Source: Azolla caroliniana (lineage: Eukaryota; Plantae; Polypodiophyta). Taken from it: a DNA stretch of 64,000 nucleotides. The stretch is taken from positions 12,152,001 through 12,216,000 of the forward strand of contig JBHGNT010000011.1 in the NCBI GenBank assembly GCA_043228905.1, written 5' to 3'. A program made the translations under genes and the position numbers. Of the stretch, positions 26,140-39,339 are shown piece by piece. The notes beneath the pieces are model-generated. The model worked only from the letters and a program-made list of their open reading frames with translations, was not told the DNA's origin and did no database searches. The first letter of the stretch is position 1; each line of letters begins with the position of its first letter.

Positions 26140-27599
26140 CCTCATTTCATCTTAGCTATATTTAGTGTCATTGCCTCTCAAAATGCCTTTTAATATGCTC
26201 TTAAGCTAATAACATGATGCCTCAAAATATCTATAGTTGAGAATGTTTAAAGTAGTTAGAGTTGCATTTGAAGTGCTTCCAATATTTTATAGACAAACCA
26301 ATGGTCGGTTATGAAACAACTATATAAGGCACTGTTGCATACCTCTCCGGAATGATTTCACTCATGCTTTTTATACATGTGTTTGAAAATATCTCCTTCT
26401 ATAGTATATACACATATTGCCTGTAGATCACTACACTTCCATGGGCGTTGCCTATCCATTAAAAGGATTACATTTGTGCTTCCAAATCTCATAAATTAGG
26501 TGCAAATTTGAACACCTCAATAGTGTTATTTAACACTTCTTATTGTTACCCCTAAAACCTACAACTGGTAGCTATAATGCCTAGCTACAAAAACTACTTT
26601 TGTACTTGAAATCTTGGCTACAAAGCTACATGTGTATATGAAATAGCATTATGTTTTGTACCTTATTAAAATGATAAGCTCCTGATGACAGGGGCAAAGC
26701 TATTAGTGTGGGGATATACATATTGTTGAAAAGACAAGCTAAAGTATTGAAATTGTTTGAAAGTGATTGTAAGTTTTCTCATGTTCATTTTGCTTTTGAG
26801 CATTAAATTTGTAACATTTTGTGATTATGAGTTGTTTGGACAAACTTTGAATAAAGATAATGTATCACTCCATCGTGATGGGTCCACAATGAGATAATAA
26901 TGTAACTAACTTATGGGGCCATAAAAATTTGTCATTCTAGTTATCGAATCTACATTGATTAATTGTTTCTTTCAATTTATCTTATTTCCTTCTCATGCAA
27001 ATTTAAGGTCTCCGAAGGTCCTTTGTACAAATTTAAAGAATTAATTGAAACAAGGACAATTCGTTGAAGTTAAATTAAAGTTCTGCACTCACAACTTCCA
27101 TTATGTTTTGGGGGAATTTATTGAAGAGCTACCAATGGATGTATTGAAACCTTACAATAATAACCCTACGAAACTCATGCTGCATCCCCAAGAAATTAGG
27201 TGGATGTTATTCATGAAATATTGGAGCTACTGAGTTACTAGCCTTCCTCAAGTTTGTTCTATTCATGATGCGTCACCAAGAAAATAGATTGAATGTTTTT
27301 CATTAGACATTGGGCCTACCCTATATATTTATTTGAGAAAATGCTTTGGTTACTAGCCTTCTCAAGTTTTATTATTATTATGATGTGTCACTTAGAAATT
27401 AGATTGGATGTTATTCATGAAACGTTGGTTTTGTAGATTTGGTCAAGAAAATGTTTAGCTACTCACACTCCTCAAGTTTGTTTTGTGGATATTGTTAATA
27501 CAAGAACATAAGGTGTCGATATCATCTATTGTGAAACACAAACATGAAAGAATGATGCCTCACAGAATCTAGTGGAAGTATCAATTATTTTCATTATTG

Positions 27600-29600
27600 C
27601 AATGGATTCCAATATTTTGATTATTCTCTTAAAGATTCTAGGAGTCATGATGCTAATTTTATTTATTGACTTATGACGAGAGATTTTCTATCAAGACATC
27701 CATAAGTTGCAAGTTAGGACGATGTTGTCAAAGTGATTGCTTCAAGTACTTATTTGTCTTCTTAGTCCATTCTCAAGATTCATCAATGATCTTGCATGGA
27801 GATAATTGTGTAACTGTTCTTCTTTATTTGGTTTTTGATTAAGTGTTACAATTTTGTGATGTCACTTAACAATGAGGTTTGTTTTCAACTTTGTAAAACT
27901 TTATTATATTAGAATAACAATTAAAATATTCAACTTGATTTTCTAGATCAAGAGTGTTTATATAATTTTGTTTCTAAATATAATTACAAATATCTAGGCA
28001 AATGATAGGCTTGACATTATTTGCTATTGCGACACATCCTTTGTTAGCAATGTTATCCACTCTTGTTATTGTGGAATTGCATCTTCCTTCTAGTGGAAAA
28101 TTACTGGCACAAACCTTAGTTGAAGATTCTTTACGTTACTACATGTCTTAAAAGAAAATCTTGAAAGGAGTATGCAAGTTCAACATCGATTTGCCTTGGC
28201 TTCAGTGTTGCATATAGATTGGAGGAGGTCTTGCCTTATTTCTTGTACAGAGAGTGATTTGGAATGTTTGGGATAGCAAGGGTAAATGATTATGTGAGGA
28301 TCAATATATCAACATTCGGGGTATCTGTTGGGTGTTGATGTTGCAAATATTCAATTGATTGACTGGATTGGTGTTACGTGCATAACCATAATTGATCATG
28401 AGATAGTTTTTCCTAAACTTATGATGAGTACGTGTGAGTTAGTTTTGAAAGGAACAACAGTATGAATTGTAATATTCAATTCTACAATGTGGGATAACTA
28501 TTAAGTGTGTTATCACTTGACCACTTCAAATAAAGTAGTTAAGTGTAAACACACTAGGGCCTATGGTTTCTACCTATATAAGGAGGCCAACTACCTTATT
28601 ATCAAGGGAGGCGTCACTTATGTTAAGACTATGATAGTGTGGCTATGGCTCTTGTTAGCTAAGCACATGTGATCCTCATAGGGCCCAAGGATCCAAGGTA
28701 CGACTCACATCAACCCTTGATGATATGGGACATCGAGGAGGTTTAGGTTTATCTCACGTCGTTTCCGAGGGGTGGTCGGGTGGTTTGGCACCCCTCTTTC
28801 CTTTCTTTGGTCTATAATTATTTACGTTTTGCTTAATTAATTAGTTAGACTCCAATAATTGGTAGTAAATTAAAGGACAAGTTTATGCATTGGAAGTCTC
28901 AATTATGGGCATTTAATGTGCAACTCAAAGTGATGCAATGTATCATGAATCATGATACCCATGTAATCATATTTTTTACTATTGCTCCCTTGGACTTATA
29001 ACACATTACAAACATTGTTGCAACCTTTTCTATTCATGTTATGGTGAAGGGGAGAAAATATGGGATTGACATGGACTAAATGGGATCATTTGGCTACTTG
29101 TAAACGTTTAGGTGGTGTCACAATATTGAATATGGAAATGCCTTCAATGGATTGGAGATTTGCATTATCACAAGATATGTATCAAGTAGATCAATCATGG
29201 ATATATGATGCAATTTTTATTGAGTATATAGAATTGGTGCATAGGAAATGGTGCATGGGAAACTAACACTCAAACATCGTGGTGGCCATTGCTTAATGGA
29301 TGTATTCCTCTAAAGATTCAACATTTTGTATGTGCTCAACAATTGGTAAGGTCTTGGAAAGATGCCTTATCTTTCTTGGAGTGGGCACCACGAAGCAACT
29401 TAAAGCTTTGTACTTCATTTCTTCTCTATTGTTGCATTGGCATGGAAAAGAGATGTTGGCATCTTAGTTCAATCATTTATTTTGATTGAGGGTTGTGGAA
29501 TTGGGGGATGTGGTTAATATTGAATCTCAAAGGTTTTCAAATGTTGAAAATGTTGAATGATGGTTATGTATTCCCCCAAATATGGATTTATTTGGGAGAA
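27600..29600 (+). mobile_element. Heavily degraded L1-like LINE RT remnant (copy C); limits approximate
   Basis: About 28100-28270 translates as LLAQTLVEDSL and FALASVLHIDWRRSCLISCTESDL, matching LINE B LIAQALANDSF and FALASGLHINMHKSLLIRCTEQDL. The motif W..L...K..GG..I is at 29060-29130. Confidence 0.7.
28372..28857 (+). mobile_element. Solo LTR (486 bp) inserted in LINE C
   Basis: TGTT...AATA ends (CA apparently mutated to TA), TSD ATTGG (28367-28371 and 28858-28862), CTATATAAG at about 28574. The LINE reading LIDWIG|SKLKDKF rejoins across it. Confidence 0.75.
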
Positions 29601-32169
29601 ATTACATATATACACCAAATTTGCCCCATGAGACAATTGATTGCAATAATGGGATGTGTGCCCAATCATTGAAAATAAAATGAAATAAAAATTAGAAGAT
29701 AAATAAAAGAGTTTTAGTGTGTTACAAAATTGTATGCGATATAACATGTTCTATAAATAAATGACTATCTAAGATAGAATCATATCTTGAAATGCATATT
29801 TAGAGGAAGGGGAGAGATCTAATTTATTACACTTAAGATTCCTCTCTCTTCATATATTCAACACTTGGTTGTTTCATGGCATGACGCGGTGTGATGTCGT
29901 GTGAGAAGATTCTTCCTACCGGCTTGTGGATCTCATTGTGTACATTCCCTTTATATATAAATGGTGCACAAAGATCAAGGCAAGAGAATGCTTGAGGAGG
30001 CAAATGCTCGAAGGAGGCAAACGTTCCTGGGAGGCAAACACTCAAAGGGGGCAAACACTCAAAGGAGCAAATGCTCAACTTCCATCACTTCCCTTCTCTC
30101 TTAAATGAATATTTAGGATCGATTAGAACATGGGTTTAGGCTTAATACACTTGATTAATACAAGTACATGATATGAAGACTAAAATGACCTCATGTTAAG
30201 ACCTAAATGATAAATTACACACAAAAAATATTTTATAAAGTAGGGTGTACAAAATCATCAAACTGATTACAAAGGTTAATAACGAGAAGTTGTTACAATG
30301 AATGATTACAAGAGAAATAGGCAAGGTAAGTTAGTTGCAAGGACCCAAACTATGTGGTCTTCAACGAGGCCCTACTTGTCACGGATACACCAAGCACGGA
30401 CTAGGACGAAGCGCAGATGATGGGGCTATGAGCTACGGATGAACTTGGAGCTAGATGTGACAATGCTAGGAACTCTAGATGTTGTGAACGACACGAGGGC
30501 ATGAAGATAGAAATAAAGATCAAGGAGATAAAGATGAGGCGAAACGAGAATACTAGATTGATGTGTCAATGACTGGTGTTGAATCCTTTGAAAGGGAAGA
30601 AGGAGGTTACAAGTATTTATACATGTTCCGAGATTGAATATCTCTAGAATATACTCGAGAAATATCTCTAAAATATACTCGTCGAGAATATGCCGTACAA
30701 TATTTCTAGAATATACTATTGACTAGAATATTCTGATTTTGAAATGTATTATATGTTAGACTATAGAATACTAAACCATTATATACAAATGCATGCTCAT
30801 ATCAAAATGGTTGAGCATGACATATTGTAGTTGTGAGGTTGCAGGTTCAATCCTCACTAACTACATATTTAATAGATTCGTTGTGTCGTGACATTAGCCT
30901 CCCCTTTAGGATCGCCTTTTCGAAAGCGTGGTGTAGGGGTGGACGGGAATTGGAACATGAACAACAACATGCATGAGCGACCATGTCGGTCCTCGCCAGG
31001 ATTCGGAACACGAACAATAGCTGGAGTGAGCGAGTATGTGCGGTCCTCGCCGGAGATTGGAACACGAATACCAACGGGCGTGAGTGATCATGTGTGGTCC
31101 TCACAGAGAACACGAACACCAACGAGCATGAGAGACCATGTTGGTCCTCGCCGATAGTTGGAACACAAACACCAACGAGCGTGAACGACCATGCGGCCCT
31201 CATTGAGAACTGGAATACGAACGGACGTGAGCGACCATGTGCGGTCCTCATCGAAAACACGAAAGGACATGAGCGACCATGCGGCCCTCACCCAGAACTG
31301 AACACGAACGGGCGTGAGAGATCATGAGGCCCTCACCGAGAACTGGAACACGAACGGACGTGAGTGACCATGCGACCCTCCCGAGAACTAGAACAACAAC
31401 GGGCGTAGGAGCACAACTAAAGGGGTCGACTTGACTTCTTCTATTATGAGAGGGTAAATAGTCAAGGTTGACCCAAGACACGACACAAACCGTAGTGCTA
31501 GTGAGAAACCCACACGATCCCCACTAGGAAAGTGAGTAATTGTGATCCCCACCGAAACTAGAAGGTGAGCGATTGAAATCGGTCCTCACCAATAGAAAGT
31601 GGCGCGAGACTTGAACTATAACAAAAATGCAGTACAAGTGAGCAATGATCCGATCCCCACCAGGAAAGTGATGATGGGAACACACACTCCCGATGAACAA
31701 CGCTCGGCCACAACCGAGCCTAGGATAAAACACAGAAAACGGATAATGAACGCATGACACAGTGAAGAGAAGGGTACACAGGATGTTAACGTGGAAAACC
31801 CAAACTAGGGAAAAAACCACGGCAGCCCACAGACTGCAAACTATCACTATATTAGAATGTACAATAGTAGAGCATCGAGGCAACGACCTCGAGCTTGCTA
31901 TCTTCGCCACAGGCGGTGGTTACAACAGAGGCAACGACCTCTTCTTCTCTCTCTCTCACTGTACTCTGTTATGCGCTCTAATCTTGCGCCAACAAGAATG
32001 ACAACAACATACTACAGTTCTCAGTTTGCCCTAAGTTATATTTATACTAATATGACTTTTCGGCTATTTACAAATATAGCCCCGATGGACTCTCAGAAAA
32101 CATATTTACAAATATGTCCCTTCATCCGGTGAGCACTTCTCGCCGGGCCTTCACCATCCAACTCTTGCC

Positions 32170-32390
32170 GGGTATTCGTCATCCGGTTCTCACCGGGTCT
32201 TCCGTGGTTGGGTACTCGTCATCCAGTTCTCACCGGGTCTTCCGTAGCCGGGTACTCGTCATCCGGTTTTCACCGGGTCTTCCGTGGTTGGGTACTCCTC
32301 ATCCGGTTCTCACCGGGTCTTCCGTTTCCGGGTACTCCTCATCCGGTTCTCATTGGGTCTTCCATTGCCGGGTACTCCACATACGGTTTT
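32170..32390. repeat. 40-bp tandem array inside the copia LTR; also at about 37045-37225 with one fewer unit
   Basis: Unit GGGTACTCGTCATCCGGTTCTCACCGGGTCTTCCGTNGNN. LTR lengths of 789 and 749 bp differ by one unit. Confidence 0.9.
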
Positions 32391-32470
32391 GGCCTCGACC
32401 GAGTTTGCTCATCAATACTGTTCTTCTCACTTCCCATCCGGAGGGACCTGTTTCCTAACAAACTCCCCCT

Positions 32471-35400
32471 TCACTCCGGCATGGGATGTCTTACTAGTCC
32501 GACCCGCTTCCGACATGCATCCTGCTTGTCGGGTATCAGTACTTTGGTCAACATATCTGACCCGTTCTCAGCCGTGTGGATCTTCGTCAGCGTGAACTCC
32601 TGGTCATCTACTCTTTCCCGGATCCAGTGATACCTTCGCTGGATATGCTTCGTCCGGGAATGGTAGGCCACATTCTTAGCAAGGTGGATGAAACTTTGAC
32701 TATCGCAATAGAGTCGGTATTCATCTTGCCGGATACCGAGCTCTCCGATGAAGTCCTTCATCCATAATATTTCCTTGCTGGCTTCCACAACCGCCATGTA
32801 CTCCGCCTCCGTGGTTGACAACGCAACTGTCTTCTGAAGCCTCGACTGTCACGAAACAACTCCCCCTGCATATGTCATTACATACCCGGATGTAGACCGA
32901 ATGGTATCCACATCAGCCGACATGTCCGAATCGGTAAAACCGTCAAGTTAAGGTTTTCCGGAGCCGAATCGAAGACACATATTTGAAGTGCCCTTCAGGT
33001 ACCAGAGTATCCATTTAACCGCGTTCCAGTGCTCCTTGCCGGGATTGCTCATAAACCGGCTCACCACTCCGACTGCGTATCCTATATCTGGTCGGGTATA
33101 CACCATTGCGTACATTAAGCTCCCGAAGGCTGAGGCATATGGAACCTTCATCATATTAGCCTTCTCAGCTTTCTTCTTCGGGCTTTGCTTACCGGATAAT
33201 CTACAGTTTGCCGGGAGTGTCGATCCGACCGGTTTCGCTTCTAACATGTTGAACCGTTGAAGCACCTTTGTCACGTATTTCTCCTGTGACAGCCACATTT
33301 GCTTCGTTGGCCGGTTCCAGATGATATGCATCCCCAACATCTATCTTGCCGGACCCAAGTCTTTCATTGAGAAGGTCCAGTTGAGAGCCTTCTTCAGCAT
33401 CCGTATTTTGGCTTGGTCCCGTCTGACGATCAATATGTCGTCCACGTACAGAAGGAGTATCAGGAAGTCGCCTCCTTCGAACTTCTTCACAAACACACAG
33501 TGATCGGCCTACGTCTTGTGGTACCCTTGATCGGTCATGAAGGAGTCGAACTTCCAGTACCATTGTCGGGGAGCCTGCTTCAGTCCGTACATGCTCTTCT
33601 TCACCCGGCAAACCAATTGCTCCTTCCCTTTCTCCACGAATCCTTCCGGTTTTTGCATGTAGATCTCCTCTTCGAGGTCACTGTGAAGGAATGTCATCTT
33701 CACGTCCAACTGCTCTACCTCGAGGTCCATGCTTGCCGCTATACTCAACACCGTCCGGATGGAGGTCATCTTTACTACCGGGGCAAATATCTCTTCGAAG
33801 TCCACTCCCTTCTTCTGTTGGAACCCCTTCACCACGATCCTAGCTTTGTATCTCGGGGGGTTGCCGGCATCTCCCGGTTTCAACTTGTACACCCACTTGT
33901 TTCGGAGTGCCCGCTTTCCTTTCGGCAACTCCACCAATTCGTACGTATGGTTCTCATGCAGTGAATCCATCTCACCCTGCATGGCACTTAACCATTTTCG
34001 GTTGTGGGTGTCATCCTTCGCTTCTTCGAAGCTTTTTGGCTCCCCCTCATCGGTTAGCAACACATGCTCTGCATCCGGAAATCTCCGGGGGGCCCTTCTC
34101 TCTCTGAGAGGATATCTCCGTCTTTGGGCTTCGGTAACCGGCTCCTCCATTTGGTCTTCATCCGAATCCGATTCGGAGTCTTGGCCGGTTCCGGTTTCAG
34201 CTTCCTCTACTTCTTCTTCTGCCGGTTCGGTATCCTCACCGTAACCGGCTGGTTCCTCAAGTGCAAACCGGTCTCTTGCCGGTTGGGTCTGCTCATCGTA
34301 GAATCGATCCTTACTGGTCAACTCGGATTTCATTATCTTCTTCTCAGACTCCCAGTCGGTGAGCGTCTTGTCCTCCATGAAGATAATATCTCGACTCCGG
34401 AATACCTTCTTGTCGACCAGGTCCCACACTCGGTAGCCGAACTCATCGTCGTTGTAACCGAGGAATATGCATGGTCGGGTCTTCGGATCTAGTTTTCCTC
34501 TCCGGTCCTTAGCTACATGCACATACGCAAGACACCTGAATACCTTCAGATGCCGGTAGGACACTTCCTTACAGGTCCAGACTCTCTGTGGCGTGTCTCT
34601 GTCCAAGGGTACTGAGGGTGATCTGTTTATCACATATGTCGCCGTCGACAGTGCCTCAACCCAAAACTTCTTAGGTAGTTTTGCATGCGCCAACATACTC
34701 CGAACCCTCTCCATTATGGTCCGGTTCATCCTCTCGACTAGCCCGTTTACTTTCGGCGTCTTCGGCACGGTAAATTCGAGCCAGATTCCCTTCGAGTGAC
34801 AATACTCCTCGAACTGCCCCCGGTATTCACCTCCGTTATCTGCTCGAACCGCCTTCAGCTTCTGGCCGGTTTCTCTTTCCACTCTCGCGTGGAGCTCTTT
34901 GAAGACGGATAACACCTGATCCTTCGTCTTCAACGGTGTGGCCCACAGCTTCCGGTTGTGATCATCTATGAACGTCACAAAGTACTGCGATCCGGCATGT
35001 GACTTCGTGTCCACTTGACATACATCAGTATGCACCAACTCCAGTGGTGCATTACGTCTCATCGGTGGCCTCGATCGGAAGGAGGTTCGGTTTTGTTTAC
35101 TGGCCAGACAATCAGTGCACTTCTCCAAGTGCACGTTCTTCACTGGAATGAAGTTGTCGTCTGCAAGCCTCTTCATCCCCTTCTCGCTCATGTGACACAA
35201 CCTCTTGTGCCACAGCTCACCGGCAGTGTTGGATGCAACGTTCACGTCTTCCGGGCATAACCGGGCATTCATTAGGTACAACGTGTTTACCTTCCGGGCC
35301 CGAGCCACAATCAGGCTCCCTTTGCTGAACTTCATAACACTGTTCCGGATGCTACCCGTGTAGCCTTCATCATCTAGCCGACTGGCTGATAACAGGTTCA

Positions 35401-36516
35401 GACAAACCTCCGGAACGTGTTGGACATCCTTCAGCAGCAACTTGCATCCGGTTGGTGTTGTCAACCACACGTCTCCTATGCCGAAAATCGGCATGTACCT
35501 TCATTCCCCATCCGGACACAGCCGTGATCACCGGCTGAGTAGGATGAGAAGCATTTCCGGTCTGGGGTAAGGTGGAACGACGCTCCGGAGTCGACCACCC
35601 AGGTCATCTCGTCGCCGGCAAGGTTTAGCTCACTCTCCTGAGTGATGAGCATGAACTCTTCTTCACTTGCCGCGATTGCCGTCGTTCCCTTCTGGTCCGG
35701 CCCCCTCCGGTCTTTACCGTTCCGGTTCGGTGTCCACTTCGAATCGGTACCGTTGGTTTCCTTGTCTTTTCAGAAGTGCTGACAGTTCTTCTGGAAGTTT
35801 CCCGGCTTGCCGCAATAGAAGCAAGTAGGCCTCCCCCTTGACTTTGACCGTGTCCCCGACTTTTCCCGGTTCTGGGGGCTACGGTTCCTTTGTCTTCCGC
35901 GTTCCAATTCGGTAAGGAGCGCTTTGGAGTCAGAGCTCGTATCCTTATCTTTCCGACGCGCCTCCTCATCTAGCAAGCTCGACTTCACTCTTGCTAGGGA
36001 TAACTGTTTCCCTTCCGGCCCAGCGTTGCCCAAAGTGACAACCAACGTCTCCCAACTATCTGGGAGGGAACCGAGTAGGAGTAGTGCTAGTACCTCATCG
36101 GCGAGAGGTACTTCCAATGATGTTGCCTGGTGTATCAGCCCCTGGAAGGCTTTCATGTGCTCTGCCATGCTGGAGCCATCTTGGTACCGTAGTCTTACTA
36201 GCTTCCGGAATACCGAAACCTGGTTAACGACATTTTTGTTCTAAAACATAATGTTGATCTTCTCCCAGAGCTCATGAGCCTTGCTCTCTTCATTGAAGTT
36301 GTTGTATAGGCTCATGTCGATGAAGCACCGTATGTACGCCGTTGTCTTCATGTGCATCACCTCCCATATCGTGGCGTCGATTTTGTCTGGTCTCTTGTCC
36401 CCGAACTGAACTGACAACCAATGATCTTTAACCACGAGCATGTCCCTCATCTTCGACTTCCACACGGAATAGTTGGAGCCGGTGAGCTTGAACATGCCTC
36501 CCAACGATTCGTCCAT
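32471..36516 (-). pseudogene. copia gag-pol polyprotein (gag, PR, IN, RT, RH) with stops and frameshifts
   Basis: MDESLGGMFKL start, CFYCGKPGNFQKNC, WVVDSGASFH, LWHKRLCHMS, HTDVC, RADNGGEY, YKARIVVKG, YGLKQAPRQW, STTEAEY, SRTKHI. Confidence 0.95.
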
Positions 36517-39339
36517 TTTCTGAGTCGTTTCGCTCTGATACCACTTTGACAGGAACACACACTCCCGATGAACAACGCTCGGTCACATTCGAGCCTAGGA
36601 TAAAACATAGAAAACGGATAATGAACGCACGACACAGTGAAGAGAAGGGTACACAGGATGTTAACGTGGAAAACCCAAACTAGGGAAAAAACCACGGCAG
36701 CCCACAGACTGCAAACTATCACTATATTAGAATGTACAATAGTAGAGCACCGAGGCAACGACCTCGAGCTTGCTATCTTCGCCACAGGCGGCGGTTACAA
36801 CAGAGGCAACGACCTCTTCTTCTCTCTCTCTCACTGTACTCTGTTATGCGCTCTAATCTTGCGCCAACAAGAATGACAACAACATACTACAATTCTCAGT
36901 TTGCCCTAAGTCATATTTATACTAATATGACTTTTCGGCTATTTACAAATATAGCCCCGATGGACTCTCAGAAAACATATTTACAAATATGTCCCTTCAT
37001 CCGGTGAGCACTTCTCGCCGGGCCTTCACCATCCAACTCTTGTCGGGTACTCGTCATCCGGTTCTCGCCGGGTCTTCCGTGGCTGGGTACTCGTCATCCG
37101 GTTCTCACCGGGTCTTCCGTAGTCGGGTACTCCTCATCCGGTTCTCACCGGGTCTTCCGTTGCCGAGTACTCCTCATCCGGTTCTCACCGGGTCTTCCGT
37201 TGTTGAGTACTCCACATCCGGTTTCGGCCTTGGCCGAGTTTGCTCATCAATACTGTTCTTCTCACTTCCCATCCGGAGGGACCTGTTTCCTAACAAGTGA
37301 GTGGTTGTGACCCCCACCGGAACTGGGAAGGTGAGCGATCGAAAGCACTCCTTACAAAAACCATGATGCAAAATGATACCTAAAAATGATGACAAGTAGT
37401 GTTGATGATGACGATGGTTGGGCGAAGAGGTGCTGAAAATGATGACGTCGAAGACAAGGATGTTGATGACGGTAACTCCGAAACCAAGGATGGTGATGAT
37501 GGTAACTCTAGAAGCAAAGGCGATGACGAAGACGGGCAATGCTCCCAGTTGGAAGGGATTCAAATTGTCACGGACACACTAATCGCGGACTGGGATGGAG
37601 CACGGATGACGAGGCTACGAGTGATAAGTGGAACCGGAAGTGATGAGGCTAGGAACTCTAGAAGCTATGAGCAACAAGACTATTAACATAGGAAGCTAGG
37701 GTTAACTAGAGAGCATGCAAACAAATATGAAGATCAAGGAGACAATATGGCATGAAAGGAGAATGACAATGGGGCTACGAGCGTGGAACTCAAGACGCTG
37801 GGAAGGACACAATAGAATGAAGACAATGATAAAGATGAAGTAGACAAGATGGGAAGAAACAAGAACACTAGATTGATGTGTCAATGACTGGTGTTGAATC
37901 CCTTGAAAGGGACCAAGGAGGTTACAAGTATTTATACATGTTCCGAGATTGAATATCTCTAGAATATACTCGTCTAGAATATGTCGTACAATATTTCTAG
38001 AATATACTACTAACTAGAAAATTTTGATTCTAAAATGTATTATATGCTAGACTATAGAATACTAAATTATTATATACAAATACATGCTCATATCAAAATG
38101 GTTGTGCATGACATCTTGTAGTTGTGAGGTTGTAGGTTCAATCTTCACTAACTACGTATTTAACAGATTCGTTGTGTCGTGACATTGCCTACTATTAATG
38201 GCTATGCCACCTTCATTGTTGAGGTGGTGTCCTTGTGCCACTTTGAGCCTCCTTCCTTGTTACAATGAATGAATACAAGAGAAATAGGCAAGGTAAGTTA
38301 GTTGCAAGGACCCAAGCTATGTGGTCTTCGACGAGGCCTCGCCTACCATTAATGGTTATGCCACCTTTTGTTTAGGTAGTGTCCTTGTGCCACTTTGAAC
38401 CTCCTTCCTTGTTTGACAAGCTAACTCCACATTTTTTACTCTTTCACCCCACCTCTCCAAATGAGATGAACCCAAAACACTCTCAACCAAACCCTAAACT
38501 CTCCGGTAGGAAAAATAAGAAGAAGACACCTAAACTCTCATAAGGACAATCAGAAATAAACCCTAAAATTCCAAGTAAGTGGAGAAGAAGAAGATGTGAA
38601 GAAAAAGAACCACCAAAAGAAACCTAACGATGCACTCTTGAAACCCACAATGAGCGACCCAAAATAAGCCCTCTTCTAAAAAAGAAGCGTCTATTTTCAG
38701 CAATAAATATTATCTTCCCTTTTTTCTTCAAAATGATAAAAAGGAATAATTCCTTAATGCAAATTGGCAGAGATTCAGACTCTACATGGCGAACCACACT
38801 TCTGGATGGATGTGTAGGATAGAGGGCTCATAACACTTGCCTACCTTGTGCTTCGGGAATTGTGTAAGCCTAGGGTTCTACTATTGTCACATAAGAGAAG
38901 GGAAGGAACCTAAATTGGCAAGCATACCTCAAGTCACATTTGCAGCATTCAAGAAGTTGGGGGATCCAAGTACTAAGAGACGAGTTGTTTGAGTGGAAAT
39001 TTCTTTTCAAATTCATGTACAATAGGATTTCAAGAAAGTTATTTTTTCTTGCAAGGTGATATTACTAATAAGGGGTAGGAGGAGTTCTTTCTACCTTCAA
39101 GCATTATTAGTATGGAAACCATCACTTAATAGAAAGCGTTGTACTTCTTTGCAAAAAGAGTTATTTGTATCTTCTAGGTTTTTATGGTGCCCTAAAAATG
39201 GGAGATTGCATTCTCAATTTATTCAAACGTTTTGTTTGGAGGATAAAGAGGTGGTAGATATAGTTGAGGCTTGATTTAAGAGAATATTGGAGTTTGTTGA
39301 AGCATGGTAAAGATCCTGGACGAGAATGCTTAGATCCTT

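Larger units (their letters stand above)
31672..37295 (-). mobile_element. Full-length Ty1/copia LTR retrotransposon. LTRs 36547-37295 (5') and 31672-32460 (3')
   Basis: TG...CA LTRs, TSD AGTGA (31667-31671 and 37296-37300), PBS TGGTATCAGAGC for tRNA-iMet at 36532-36543, PPT at 32461-32472. The empty site is visible in the duplicate copy near 43609-43613. Confidence 0.97.
30377..38184 (-). mobile_element. Non-autonomous LTR element (TRIM/LARD-like, about 2.2 kb without the nested copia). LTRs 30377-30893 and 37566-38184
   Basis: Both LTRs are TGTCACG...CGTGACA. Minus-strand PPT (plus strand GCCTCCCCTTT at about 30897-30907) and minus-strand TATAAATA at 37929-37936. About 1 kb of non-coding interior with degenerate 50-bp tandem repeats (30950-31410). 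TSD is not clean and the LTRs are clearly diverged from each other. Confidence 0.8.

Noticed and set aside
30950-31410. Repeat-spacer-like array (GAACACGAAC...GAGCGACCATG...GGTCCTC), also at 43045-43350
   Set aside because: The intervening parts are homologous to each other, there are no cas genes and the context is eukaryotic. It is a degenerate tandem repeat in an LTR element, not CRISPR.
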